Shown here piece by piece: positions 19,676 through 37,060 of a stretch of 64,000 nucleotides of DNA. The stretch's first letter is position 1. Every line of letters starts with the position of its first letter. Position numbers and translations under genes: made by a program. Source of the stretch: the human T2T-CHM13v2.0 reference genome, Homo sapiens; the NCBI RefSeq assembly GCF_009914755.1, contig NC_060929.1, one strand, 5' to 3'. The notes under the pieces are model-generated. The model was not told the DNA's origin. It worked only from the letters and a program-made list of their open reading frames with translations, and made no database searches.

Positions 19676-20483
19676 TGGGAAAAGTATTTATGGTTTCAAA
19701 AGTTTTCCCCCTAAGGAGTTGGACTTTAATCATATACTCTGTTTATTTGTTTATTAATTTTTTAGAGACAGGGTCTTGCTAGAGACGGTTGCCTACACTG
19801 GATTGCAGAGGTGCTGTCATAGCTCACTGCAGCCTTGAACTCCTGGGCTCAAGCAGTCCTCCCACCTCAGCTTCCTGAGTAGCTGGGGACTGCAAGTGTG
19901 TGCCACCGCATCTGGCTAATTAAAAAAAAATTTTTTTGTAGAGATGGGGTCTTATGGTGTTGCCCACGCTGGTCTTGAATTCCTGGCCTCAAGTAGACCT
20001 CCCACATTGGCATCCCACAGTGTCAGAATCAATAGGCATGAGCCACACCATGCCTGGCCCAAATCACTTACCATTTATTTTACAGAAGTTTCAGGGATGT
20101 CAGTAATTAGAAAATGTTTTTATTCAAAAAAATTGGTAAGATCTAGATTTATCAATGGGCAAACGAAATTTACTTTTCAAAATTTATTTTAAATACGATA
20201 TACCAAATATTTGCAGAGTTTAATTTTTCAGGACAGCTTCTTTCCTTCAAAATTCAGTAAAACTCTGTTACAGTGTAGACAAATGGGATTAACAAGATTC
20301 TTCACATTATAATGTCCTGATAAGAAACTACCTCCTAGTTCTCTTACTGGAAGGGAAACTTGCTATGTGGCTGTACCCACTCTGTCAGAAAACAGGCACT
20401 TAAGTATATTATTACATGAGAAAAATGTATAATGCCTGTGCATAGGCTTCTTTTTCTTTGTAAAGAAGTGATCTGTCTGGTAT

Positions 20484-22495
<2,012 letters not shown>

Positions 22496-23222
22496 ACTGC
22501 CCCTTTCAAAAGTGGAGCAGGCTCTCTTTGTCCAAGTACATAGGTTCTTATTAAAGGAAAATAAACAAGAATTATAGCCTACCATTGTATGTAGGAAATC
22601 TTTTGATATTTCTGTAGCTTCAACTTTTTTTTTTTTAATCAAATTTACGGTATGAGGGAATGTTACTGGGATCCACAACCTCTAGTCTCTCGTTAGAGTC
22701 CTATCTCTGGTAAATATGTTTCTTTTTTTTCCTTTTTTTTTTTTCTGAGACAGGATCTTACTCTAATGTGCAGGATGGAGTGCAGCGGCAATCTTGGCTC
22801 ATTGCAGCCTCCACCTCCCAGGCTCAAGTGATTCTTCCACCTCAGCCTCCTGACCAGCTGGGACTATAGGCGCACACCACCATGCCCAGCTAATTTTTTG
22901 TATTTTTTTTGTAGAGACAGGGTTTTGCCATGTTGACTAGGCTGGTCTCAGACTCCTGGGCTCAAGGAATCCGTCTGCCTCAGCCTCCCAAAATGCTGGG
23001 ATTACAGGTGTGAGCCGCCGTGCTCTTCCCAAATATGTGTCTTAATATGCATTTCTTAAAGAATCTAATAACCAAACTGAGGTCTTTCCATAAGAATATT
23101 GTATTTGTATAACAGTAACTTATATCATCCAATGAGATGTCTATATTAAGAATAAATTTTGCTGGGAGCGGTGGCTCACATCTGTAATCCCAGCACTTTG
23201 GGAGACCATGGCGGGCAAATCA

Positions 23223-23470
<248 letters not shown>

Positions 23471-23861
23471 TCAGGTAACCTCTAAAAATCTTTGTTTCAG
23501 ACATCACCTCCCTAATTTAGCCAAAGTTTAGTATTTGGCTACTAAATAGTCCTTGAGAGGGACATAATGCAAAAATTGAGAAATTATCAGAAGCGGAATT
23601 GAGAGTTGAAGAATTAAGATTCTCTTATTTCCATATTTGCAGATGTTTTTGTATGGAAAAGGGGGGAAAAAGGCAATTTTTAAAAAAGAAAAAAATAAAG
23701 CTGGTTTATTCCAGCAAGCATTATTATGAAATTTAATGTGCTTATATGAGACATTCAGCAAATATTTATAGAAGTAAATATATTTAGAATGAAAAGTCAG
23801 AAATAATATTCTAGCATTCCAGTGATTTTGGTTTTTAATTCATATTTGTATTTGATTTTAG

Positions 23862-24018
23862 GGTGGATCTATTTTATTAATAACAGGTCCTCCTGGATGT
23901 GGAAAGACAACGACCTTAAAAATACTATCAAAGGAGCATGGTATTCAAGTACAAGAGTGGATTAATCCAGTTTTACCAGACTTCCAAAAAGATGATTTCA
24001 AGGGGATGTTTAATACTG
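23862..24018 (+). CDS. RAD17: RAD17 coding exon with Walker A (LLITGPPGCGKTT)
   Basis: AG/GT bounded, 157 nt, phase 0-1. Confidence 0.96.
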
Positions 24019-25973
24019 GTAAGATTTGCTGTGAAGGTAGTAGAAGTAGTGGGGCAAACCTGTGCTTAAGGGAGCTTTCAGATAAAGTTCTATGAGTGCA
24101 TTTTTTCCCATACTTCTTGCTTTCAGAGGGATGGAATTTCACAGGCCAGGTGCGATGGCTGTCACATGGGAGGCTGAGGCAGGAGGATTGCTTCAGGCCA
24201 GGAGTTAAAGACCAGGCTGGGCAACATACAAAGAACCTGTCTACAAAAATAAAAAAATCAGCTAGGTATAGTGTTGTGTACCTGTAGTTCTAACTACTCA
24301 AGGGCTGAGGTGTGAGGATCACTTGAGCCCATGAGTTCAAGGTTGCAGTGAGCTATAGTGTTACCATCGTGCTCCAGCCTGGGCAACAGAATGAGACATT
24401 GTCTCAAAAAATAAATAAATAAAAGTTATTTCAGGAGAAGGAAAGAAAGCATGTCTCCAATGGAAGACAATGGAATTTTTTGAAGATTAAGTCTTAACTG
24501 TTTTGTTAACATATTCTTCTGTTTGCATTATTTATCTGCTTTTTTCTAAGATCTGGCTAGGAGGTTAGACAGTATTAACTAAGATATTTTATTTGTTAAA
24601 TCAAGCCTTAAGATGTGTTAAAAAGAACTTGCCCCCCAACAAGATAGCTTAGATCAGTAAGTACCTGTTAGAACAATATCAAATGAAAGCAAAAGACAAA
24701 GATGTCTTTGGAATTTGGAAGGAGGCCTTAAGATAACGATTTAAAAATTGATAATAGTAACAATTTTATTTATTTTTATTTTTTTTGAGACAGAGTCTCA
24801 CTCTGTCGCCCAGGCTGGAGTACAACCTCTGCCTCCCAGACTCAAGCTATTCTCATGCCTCAGCCTCCTGAGTAGCTGGGATTAGAGGCATGTGCCACCA
24901 CACCCAGCTAGTTTTTGTATTTTTAGTAGAGATGGGGTTTTGCCATGTTAGCCAGTCTGGTCTCGAACTCCTGGCCTCAAGTGATCCACCTGCCTCTGCC
25001 TCCCAAAGTGCTGGGATTATAGGCGTGAGCTACCATGCGTGGCAATAGTACCAATTTAAAGATGTAATACGTTATAAGTTCATGCATATGCTTATGTACC
25101 TTAGCACTATCATTTTTATCTTTCATAGTTTTTCATATTGCAACTCCAGGTGGTGAAACTAGGGATAGCCAAATCTCCTAGGCCATTTTGAAGGGAAAAG
25201 GGTTCTGTAGAAGGATAATTTTAATGTGGAGTGTTCCTCAAAATCCCTTCTCTGGACTCTTCTTTAATGTACTCCCTTGTGCTACTAGTATCCCATCCTG
25301 CTGGGGCTTTTACTGTTTTCTTTTCTTTATTATTATTATTACTATTATTATTATTTTTTTTTTGAGATGGAGTCTTGCTCTGTCACCCAGGCTGGAGTGC
25401 AGTGGTTTGTCTCACTGCAAGCTCCGCCTCCTGGGTTCAAGCAATTCTCCTGACTCAGCCTCCCAAGTAGCTGGGATTACAGGCGTCCACCACCATGCCC
25501 GGCTTATTTTTGTATTTTTTAGTAGAGATGGGGTTTCACCACGTTGGTCAGGTTGTTTTCGAACCCCTGACCTCAGGTGATCCAACCACCTCGGCCTCCA
25601 AAAGTGCTGGGATTACAGGCGTGAGCCACCACGCCCGGCCCATTATTATTATCATTTTTTTAAGAGAGAAAGTCTCACTATATTGTCTAGAATGAACTTC
25701 TTAAGCATTTAAGGGATTCTCACGACTCAACCTCTGGGGTAGCTGGGACTACAGACGTGTGTTCCTGCATCTGGCTTTTACTGCTTTCTAAATAGTAGCA
25801 TTACTTTTGACAGTCTGATAAGCTTTAACTTAAACAGTCTTCAATATGAAACATGCCTTCAGAGAGCTTCCCTCATTCTCAAGTTCACTAATCAGTTATT
25901 CTGTTTTTGTTGTTAAACCTTTATCACTCCAGCCTGACCAACATGGAGAAACCCCATCTCTACTAAAAATTCA

Positions 25974-26264
<291 letters not shown>

Positions 26265-26624
26265 TTAGGTCAGTTAACTCCATATTACACAGGGTCTCAC
26301 TCTGTCACCCAGGCTGGAGTGCAGTGACACAATCTTGGCTCACTGCAACCTCCACCTCCTGGGCTCAAGCTATTACCCCCACCCTCTGCCTCAGCCCTGC
26401 AAGTAGCCAGAACTACAGGCACAAGCCTCCACACCTGGCTAATTTGTGTATTTTTTTGTAGAGACCGGGTTTCACCGTGTTGCCCAGGTTGCTCTTGAAT
26501 TCCTGAGGTCAAGCGATCCACCTGCCTCGGCCTCCCAAAGTGCTGGGATTACAGGCGTGAGCCACTGTGCCTGGCTACATGTTGACTCTTGTCCTTTGAA
26601 AGGAATATCCTATTTTAAATTTAA

Positions 26625-27157
<533 letters not shown>

Positions 27158-28003
27158 TGATATGCCCACCGTGGCCTCCCAAAGTGCTGGGATTACAGGC
27201 GTGAGCCACCATGCCTGGCCTAAAATCTTTTTTTTTTTTTTTTTTTTGAGACAGAGTCTCTCTTTAACCCCTAGGCTGGAGTGCAGTGGTGCAGTCTTGG
27301 CTCACTGCCACCTCCGCCTCCTGGGTTGAAACAATTCTCATGCCTCAGCCTCCCCCGAGTAGTGGGGATTACAGGAACCTGCCACCATGCCGGCCTAATT
27401 TTTGTATATTTAGTAGAGATGGAGTTTTGCCACGTTGGCCAGGCTGGTCTCAAACTCCTGACCTCAAGGTAATCCTCCCGCCTTGGCCTCCCGAGTGCTG
27501 GGATTACACATGTGAGCCACCACACCCAGCCAACTTTTAAAATTTTGCTGTAGCTATTGACTAAACAATTGTGAGATATATCTTACATGATAATGTTAAC
27601 TTGTCTCTATAGTAGTGATATTGGTAAAATACAACACAAAGGCTTTGTAATAGTAGAAACCTAAAGTCTCTTCTAGTAAACTTGAATGGAATAGCTGTAG
27701 GATAAGGAATGTTATAAATTTTAATGGTTTAAGTATAGAAAAACAAAAGAAAAGTTGGGAAAATTACTTCCTAGTGAAAATACTGTAACTGGAAAGCAAC
27801 CCAAAGAAATTTGATCTAAAAATTGGGATCCCCATTGATGTATATTACTGTTTCGGATATCATCTATTTCATGTTTCCTGTGAAAGTTCTGTTTAAAATA
27901 CATTGAATAAATATATTTTTGCCTACCTCAATAAATATAAATTTGAAAAATAAATTTGCAATGGAATAAAACTATACTATTATTTATTTTTTATTTTCAA
28001 TAG

Positions 28004-28056
28004 GATTTACCTAACCAGTTTTATCGGGATTCTCATACTTTACATGAAGTTCTAAG
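28004..28056 (+). CDS. RAD17: RAD17 coding exon (DLPNQFYRDSHTLHEVLR)
   Basis: AG/GT bounded, 53 nt, phase 0-2; completes Walker B IILVEDLP. Confidence 0.94.
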
Positions 28057-28140
28057 GTAGGTTTCAGTGAAGTATTCTAAAACTCCAAATTAAATGAGAA
28101 GTGGCTTAAATTTCAACATTGCTGTATTTTGTTATTTTAG

Positions 28141-28266
28141 GAAGTATGTGAGGATTGGTCGATGTCCTCTTATATTTATAATCTCGGACAGTCTCAGTGG
28201 AGATAATAATCAAAGGTTATTGTTTCCCAAAGAAATTCAGGAAGAGTGTTCTATCTCAAATATTAG
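28141..28266 (+). CDS. RAD17: RAD17 coding exon (KYVRIGRCPLIFIISDS...CSISNIS)
   Basis: AG/GT bounded, 126 nt, phase 2-2; follows an 84-nt intron. Confidence 0.94.
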
Positions 28267-28356
28267 GTAAGAAAGAAATTTCTGCTTATAAAGGTCACAT
28301 ACATATTATATTTTTAAATTAATCATTTAACTGCTATCTTTCTTTATAAAACTTAG

Positions 28357-28426
28357 TTTCAACCCTGTGGCACCAACAATTATGATGAAATTTCTTAATC
28401 GAATAGTGACTATAGAAGCTAACAAG
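28357..28426 (+). CDS. RAD17: RAD17 coding exon (FNPVAPTIMMKFLNRIVTIEANK)
   Basis: AG/GT bounded, 70 nt, phase 2-0; follows a 90-nt intron. Confidence 0.94.
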
Positions 28427-28823
28427 GTAAGTCTCTGATTAATTAAACCTTACTCGATAACTATAGAAAGCCTAGCTTAAATAGTATTATGTAAACTGAA
28501 GGAGTGTTATTTTAATTTTTTAGAATTAAAACATTTTATTATACTCATAAGGCATGTCATTTTAGCAAATGTAGGAAATACTGATTTTAAAAATCTTTAA
28601 CATTTTTCTACTATTAAACTTTCACTTTCACATTGAGGTAAATTTTTCCTTTGCTTGGTTTACTGTTCTAAATTGTGTCTGTCATCAAGAAAATGTTTTC
28701 TGGCATGTAGGTATGGTAGTTATCAACAATTCAACTCTTCCTATTGTCCTGTTGTCACTTTTTTATTTTCACATTTTTTTTAATTATGGTGAAAAACATG
28801 TATCATAAAATTTATCATCTTAA

Positions 28824-29231
<408 letters not shown>

Positions 29232-30581
29232 TGATGTTAAAAAAAAATTGATGGACCTTCTGCTCCCAGCGTCATGGTTTTAGGGAATCCTATTGGTATA
29301 AATCAACCAAATCTTGCATGAAACATAATTTTTGTTGCACTGCTAGGACCACAGGAACTGAGGGAAATATCCAAGGGAGAGGTTGTTTTGAGGATTAAAT
29401 ACGTTAGTGTAGAGCACCTAACTGAATAAATAACAGATATTAATAGTGAAAAATGAGAAACAAACTGAGTCCAATAATACAGGAAGCAATTACTGTGATG
29501 AATTATTATGCTATTAGTGTTTTGAAAATATTTAATGGGTCAGGTGCGGTGGCTCACGCCTGTAATCTTAACACTTTGGGAGGCCGAGGTGGGTGTATCA
29601 CCTGAGGTCAGGAGTTCATGACCAGCCTGGCCAACAGGTGAAACCCCATCTCTAATAAAAATACAAAAATTAGCCGGATGTGGTGGCGGGTACCTATAAT
29701 CCCAGCTACTCAGGAAGCTGAGGCAGGAGAATAGCTTGAACCCAGGGGGTGGAGGTTGCAGTGAGCCGAGATTGCGCTACTTCACTCCAGCCTGGGCAGC
29801 AAGAGCAAAACTCTGTATCCCAAAAAAAAGAAAAAAAATTACCTGGGCATGGTGGTGTGCTCCTGTATTCCCAGCTACTCAGAAGCCTGAGACAGGATGA
29901 TCGCTGGAGCCTAGGAGTTTGAGGCTGCAGTGATCTAGATGAAATGACTGTAGTCTGTCATGGACAGAGCTAGACCCTGTCTCTAAAAAAACATCTACAT
30001 TCTCTACTATAAGCATGAGAACTGCAAATTGAGCCATGGTGCATGCCTGTAGTCCCAGCTACAAAGGCTGACAGTGGTGGGAGGATTTGTTGAGCCTGGG
30101 AGCTCAAGACCAGCCCAGGTGTGATATAGTAAGACCTTGTGTCAAAACAAAAATTTTTTTTTTAGTGAATTGATTAGTTCAAGTGGCTCTGGTTTAAAAA
30201 AGAAGAAGAAGAAATAATTGGTGTAATTATGGCTTTTTCATCCTCACCAGACTGTATAATGTATAACCCCAGTAAAGGAATTTTCATGTAAATTTCATAA
30301 ATTAGTTAGATTATTTTGTGTATATTTAATTTTATCACAGTCTGTTGCATTTTGAGGGTTTTTTTGTGTGTACACATATATGTTGTTATATATCTGTGTG
30401 TATGTAGTGAGAAAGAGTAAAAACTTCAAAATACAACCTGGTCAAAGTGAAAAAGTAAAATAATACAGTATTTAATATTTCCTGAAAGTATACCTTAAAC
30501 TGTAATAAGTCATTGAAGCTTGTATCATTCATAGACCAGTGTTTAGCATGAAGGCTTTTTAGTTTTTTATTATTATTTTAA

Positions 30582-30806
<225 letters not shown>

Positions 30807-30995
30807 TGATCCTCCTGCCTCAGTCTCCCAAATTGCTGAGATTATAGGAATGTGCCACCGTGCCCAGCCCTTTTTAGTATTTAAGTTTAAAAGAATCTAA
30901 TTTACGTTAATTAAGTTTAGAAAATAGGTTGGGGTTTTTTGTTGTTGTTATTTTTAAGAAAATACTTTTTTTTAAATTTAATTTTCTTATTTTAG

Positions 30996-31107
30996 AATGG
31001 AGGAAAAATTACTGTCCCTGACAAAACTTCTCTAGAGTTGCTCTGTCAGGGATGTTCTGGTGATATCAGAAGTGCAATAAACAGCCTCCAGTTTTCTTCT
31101 TCAAAAG
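30996..31107 (+). CDS. RAD17: RAD17 coding exon with sensor-2 (GDIRSAINSLQF)
   Basis: AG/GT bounded, 112 nt, phase 0-1. Confidence 0.95.
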
Positions 31108-31344
31108 GTAACTATGGAAGATACAGTCATGTGGCATTATATAGGTGACTGACTTTCTCTTAATTCATTCAATGAAATCAAACATTTTAACTTACATTTG
31201 GTCTATACCTATTTATCCTTCTTTATTACTGAGACAGTGGCTTAAAATTAAATATATACACATGCATACATACCCTTCTATGAATATGTCGTAGTATATA
31301 TCCTTGTTTCTGTTTGAGATAGTTTACCTTTCAAAGTTAACTTA

Positions 31345-31555
31345 GAACCAGATTTCCTGGATAAAAATTCTGCCTCTGCCACTTACCAGTTATATAGGCC
31401 TATGCAGGTGACTCTTATCTTTCTGTGCCTCTGTTTTCTCACCTTTTATGTGAGCACTTACCTCTTAGGGTTCTATGAAGAATATGTGAGGTGACACTAT
31501 TATAGAGTGCTTCTTACAGTACTTGATTCATATTAAGTGTTCAATAAATGGCCAG
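31345..31555 (+). mobile_element. MIR SINE
   Basis: ctctgccacttaccag..tctgtgcctctgttttctca..gttcaataaatg. Confidence 0.6.
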
Positions 31556-32753
31556 CCATTAATCAGTTTAATAATACTGTGCAGAGGTAGGTTTACTTTT
31601 GGAATTATTATTATTTATTTTGAGACGGAGTCTCGCTCTGCCGCCCGGGCTGGAGTGCAGTGGCATGATCTTGGCTCACTGCAAGCTCCGCCTCCCAGGT
31701 TCACAGCATTCTCCTGCCTCAGCCTTCTGAGTAGCTGGGACTACAGGCAGCTGCCACCACGCCCAGCTAATTGTATTTTTAATAGAGATGGGGTTTCACT
31801 GTCTTAGCCAGGATGGTTGCTATCTCCTGACCTCGTGATCCGCCCGCCTTGGCCTCCCAAAGTGCTGGGATTATAGGTGTGAGCCACCTCATCTGGCCTG
31901 AAATTATTTTTATAATAATTTATGAGATATGTTTAATAAATTTATTTCCTGTTAATGTTAAAAAGTATAAATTTATGAGATATGTTTAATAAATTTCCTG
32001 TTAATATGTAGAAAGATGTAGTAAAAAGATAGTTTCACTAATGGCAGTGAGTTACATTTTTACTGTAATGGTCATCGTTTACTGCATAGTCCTCCTTCAG
32101 AAGGCATTTAGCAGACTACTTAATGCTTAACGTTGATAATTGACATCAAAGAGTGGGCCAGGAACTGTGTTAGCAATTATGTTTTTTTCATTTAATTCTC
32201 ATATCAACCTGATGAGATAGACAGTATTTTGATTCAAATCCAGATCCTGTGCTCTTTCTGCTGTTCAAGGTAGCTTTTAAGCCATGCACTCTTGAGTTCT
32301 AAATATTAGACTTAAAAATGAAACTTGGGTCAGGCATGGTGACTCATGCCTGAAGCCAAGGTGGGTGGATCACTTGAGCCTAGGAGTTTGAAACCAGCCT
32401 GGGCAACATAGCAAGACCTTGTCTCTACAAAAAAATTAAGGAAAAAAAATAAAAACCCAAGAAATGTGATCACATGCATATTCATAAATTGGATACTCTC
32501 AACATCAATAGAGAGGTTGTTAAACATAGATTGCAGAACCAGGCTGCCTGGATTCCAGTCATTCACTCACTGATGACCTTGAGCCAATGACTTTACCTCT
32601 TTGTATCTCATTTCATTAACTGTCTAATAATAATTGGTCAGGTGCAGTGGCTCTCGCGTGTTATCCCAACACTATAGGAGACTGAGGTGGAAGAAAGCTT
32701 CAACCTCAAGAGTCTGATACCAGCCTGGGCAACATAGCGAGGCCTCGTCTCTA

Positions 32754-32945
<192 letters not shown>

Positions 32946-33039
32946 TCATGCCTGTAATCCCAGCACTTGGGGAGGCCAATTTGTGTGGTTGGGAGGTTGT
33001 GACCAGCCTGGCCAACATGGTGAAACCTCATCTCTGCTA

Positions 33040-33219
<180 letters not shown>

Positions 33220-33316
33220 TCACAGGGTTGTTATGAAGATTAAATTCCTATGTATTACATGCCAAGAACAGTATCTTGCACATAACACGATGAGAAACCA
33301 AGGCGATGTGACTGTA

Positions 33317-33540
33317 CAGGTTGAATATCCTTTATTTGCAATTTTTGGGAATAGAAGGATTGCAGATTTTTTTAAGATTTTGGAATATTTGCATTATACG
33401 AATTGAAAATCCCTTGTCTGAAAATCTGAAATACAAAGTGCTCCAATGAGCATTTCCTTTGAGCATCATGTTGGCACTGCAAGTTTCATATTTTGGAGTA
33501 TTTTGGAGTTTGAATTTTTTGGATCAGGAATGTCAGCCTA
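33317..33540. mobile_element. Tigger4/Zombi (MER46-like) MITE
   Basis: TA-CAGGTTGAATATCC start; internal aaatctgaaat..gctccaatgagcatttcctttgagcatcatgttggc. Confidence 0.7.
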
Positions 33541-33794
33541 TATTAGAGATTGTGCTATTGTGCATGTGAAAGTTTGAAATCTGCATTATGAAATAACTTT
33601 CAGATAATACTTTATTCCATTTTAATGTTAGTAACCCAAAGAGGATTCCAACTCAGTTAATGTCATTTATAATTTTTGTTTATTAGGAAAACAAATTGTA
33701 ATTAGAATATTTAGTGTAACTATATCTGAAGTGTTCTTAGTTTTAATTTTCATATTTTAATTTAAATATTGTCACTTGGATGTATATTATTCAG

Positions 33795-33977
33795 GAGAAA
33801 ACAACTTACGGCCAAGGAAAAAAGGAATGTCTTTAAAATCAGATGCTGTGCTGTCAAAATCAAAACGAAGAAAAAAACCTGATAGGGTTTTTGAAAATCA
33901 AGAGGTCCAAGCTATTGGTGGCAAAGATGTTTCTCTGTTTCTCTTCAGAGCTTTGGGGAAAATTCTATATTGTAAAA
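33795..33977 (+). CDS. RAD17: RAD17 coding exon with basic NLS-like segment (RPRKK...KSKRRKK) and GKDVSLFLFRALGKILYCK
   Basis: AG/GT bounded, 183 nt, phase 1-1. Confidence 0.95.
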
Positions 33978-35118
33978 GTAAGAAATTTTTACACTTTTAA
34001 AATCTGTTGGATATCACATAGTCTTAAAATGGAAATAAAATGTCACTTTTAAAAAAATGTCATGTATTTTGGTTCTGCTCTAAGAGTTAGAGCTAGGTCA
34101 GATACTGTTTGCCTAGGCCTAAGACATAGTAGGAAATCAGAATATTTTCTGACCGTAAGCAGGATTAAAAGTAAAAACATGCAATTGCAGGCCATATCCA
34201 TGTGTGTAAATCTTTAAAATTATAGTTTGCTGAAGGTAAGAGAGCAGATCATCTAGACTTGTAGTGGCAAGTGTTGGTAGCCTAAAGCCCTCTTAACACT
34301 GGGCTCCAGCCAACAGAGCCTCATACAAATTACCAGGTAGTTTAAGGTTTCTTTCAATCGTCTTGTATTTCTCTAATTTACAAGCGTTCTGTCTCCCCAA
34401 CCAGAGATGTTTATCGCCTTTTCTGTCTTTTTTGATGACTGCTCCCCCTCAGTTCTTTCACTCCCTATTGCCCATTTTAGTGTCCCAAATAATCCCTCCT
34501 TTTGATAGCAAATGCCTGTTTTCAGTCTGATGACCCTAAAGGAAAGAAATTAGGATTTCTAAATGGAAACCTTCATACCATCTGAGGAAAATGGGCATCA
34601 CTTAGGTGGCAGTGAGGACACTCCTCTGTCACTGGATCCTCTTACTTTGAACCTGAGTGACTATTCCCACCTGATTCTTTTCTTTCTCTCCTTTCTTTTC
34701 CTCCCCAACATACGTTTATCGTCTCTTGCATTAGTGAATGGAATCCGTATTCTTTCATGTAGAGAGCAACATCTTCCTACATAGTAAATAAAAGAGTAAA
34801 GACCACTGTATTGAGATGAGAAATCAAGGGAAGAAAGCAACCCAAAGCTGAAAAAGGTGAAATGGGAGTGCATTAGGAAATGGAATATTTTAAGTCTAGA
34901 GAAGCCATAATCTAAGCATCAGAATTGTTAATTTAGTTCTTGCTAATGTGGAAAAAATAGGTGCTTGCTTCCAGTTGTTTTTTATTTATTTATTATTTTT
35001 TAACAGTTTGTTACTATGTTGGTATTGTATGTCTAAAATTTTCAAACTCTTCAAATGAGAGGTGCTATATAATTATAAAGAAGGTATTATCTTTAATAAT
35101 TCCAGAAATTTTTTATAG

Positions 35119-35204
35119 GAGCATCTTTAACAGAATTAGACTCACCTCGGTTGCCCTCTCATTTATCAGAATATGAACGGGATACATTACTTGTTGAACC
35201 TGAG
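35119..35204 (+). CDS. RAD17: RAD17 coding exon (RASLTELDSPRLPSHLSEYERDTLLVEPE)
   Basis: AG/GT bounded, 86 nt, phase 1-0. Confidence 0.94.
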
Positions 35205-35317
35205 GTAAGTTCTTTGATGACACTTAGTATAGGTTACAAAGGATATATTATTCGTGTGCATATATATTTGACCATTGCATTTTTACCAAATTTATGTATA
35301 TATGCTTCTTTTTATAG

Positions 35318-35464
35318 GAGGTAGTAGAAATGTCACACATGCCTGGAGACTTATTTAATTTATATCTTCACCAAAACTACATAGATTTCTTCATGGAAAT
35401 TGATGATATTGTGAGAGCCAGTGAATTTCTGAGTTTTGCAGATATCCTCAGTGGTGACTGGAAT
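35318..35464 (+). CDS. RAD17: RAD17 coding exon (EVVEMSHMPG...LHQNY...ADILSGDWN)
   Basis: AG/GT bounded, 147 nt, phase 0-0. Confidence 0.94.
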
Positions 35465-36507
35465 GTAAGACCATTTGACTTAAAATGTTTATGTTTATAG
35501 TATTTCCTTAGAATTAAGAAAAGAAAGTTTACTTTTATCCCTAATTGCCTGACATTATTTTATGTGACTTTTCTTCATAACTATGCTAAAGTTAATGTAA
35601 CCAACTCAGTGTTTATAATGAAGCTTCAGTAGCAAATCTGATTTTTCTGCTGATAATATAGCACCAATTGTTTCTAAAGTTATTTTCTTTTTTTCTTTTT
35701 TTTCTGTGTGTGTGTGTAGAGACAGGGTCTTACTGTGTTGCTCAGGCTGGTCTCAAACTCCTGGGCTCAGACAGTCCTCTCACCTGAGCCTCCGAAAGTG
35801 CTGGGATTACAAGCGTGAGCCACCACACTCCTGTCTCTAAATTTTCTGATTTTGTGTTTTGTGTTATGGTGGTTTTTTTTTTTTTTTTTTTTTTTTTTGA
35901 GAAGAGGCTCTGTCTACAGCTATGTTACCCAGTCTGGTCTTGAACTACTGGGTTTAGGGAATCCTGTCCTCTCTGCCTTCGAAGTAGCTAGAAATACAGG
36001 CACACACCACCATGCCCAGCTTATTTTTTTTTTTTTTTCGAGACAGCGTCTTACTTTTTTGCCCACGCTGGAGTCCAGTGGTACAAACATGGTTCACTGC
36101 AACCTTGACCTTCTGGGCTCAAGCGATCCTCCAACCTCAGGCACTCCCCATCTAGTAGCTGGGACTACAGGCAAGCACCACTATCCTTAGCTAATTTTTT
36201 TTTCTTTGTTTTAGAGACAGGGTTCACCATGTTACCCATGCTGGTCTCCAACTCCTGAGCTCAAGCGATCTGCCTGCCCTGGCCTCTCAAAAGTGCTGGG
36301 ATTACAGGAGTGAGCCACCATGCCCAGCCCCAGCTTATTTTCTGATTTTAAAATTAATACATACTCAAAATATGACAACCATTAAGAAGTAGATACAAGA
36401 GAAAGAACTGTACATGTTGCTACACTTTCTGCTAGTTTTTAAAATTTATTTCTTTTACATATTTGAAACTATTTACCATAAAATTTGTATTTTGTTCTTA
36501 ACATCTT

Positions 36508-36705
36508 AACACTGCCCTTACCAGTACAACAGCCACCAACCACATGTAGCTATTTACATTTAAATTTAATTAAAAATTCAGTTCCTCAGTCATACTAGCC
36601 ACATCTCCAGTACTTGATAACTGCATGTGGCTGATGGCTACTTTATTGAACAGCCCAGATACAAAACATTTCCATCATTGCAGGGCGTTCTGTTGGACGA
36701 CACTA
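36508..36705. mobile_element. MER3-like hAT element
   Basis: aaattcagttcctcagtcatactagccaca..catgtggct..acatttccatcattgcag..ttctgttggac. Confidence 0.65.
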
Positions 36706-36812
36706 TTTTGATACGTTAATATTTCTGTGTGCTATAAATATTAAAATAAGGCCGGGCTCAGTGGGTCACACCTGTAAACCCAGCACTTAAGGAGGCCGAG
36801 GCAGGTGGATCA

Positions 36813-37060
<248 letters not shown>

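Noticed and set aside
18995-19782. Six overlapping 157-239 aa ORFs rich in Y/I/C/M/H
   Set aside because: Artefact of the alternating RY repeat, which cannot encode stop codons.
34763-34856. Possible cryptic RAD17 poison exon (catgtAG...AAG|GTgaaa)
   Set aside because: Splice signals are mediocre and such pairs arise often by chance.
35315-35320. TAGGAG tandem (NAGNAG) acceptor
   Set aside because: A distal GAG is rarely used; effect would be loss of a single Glu.
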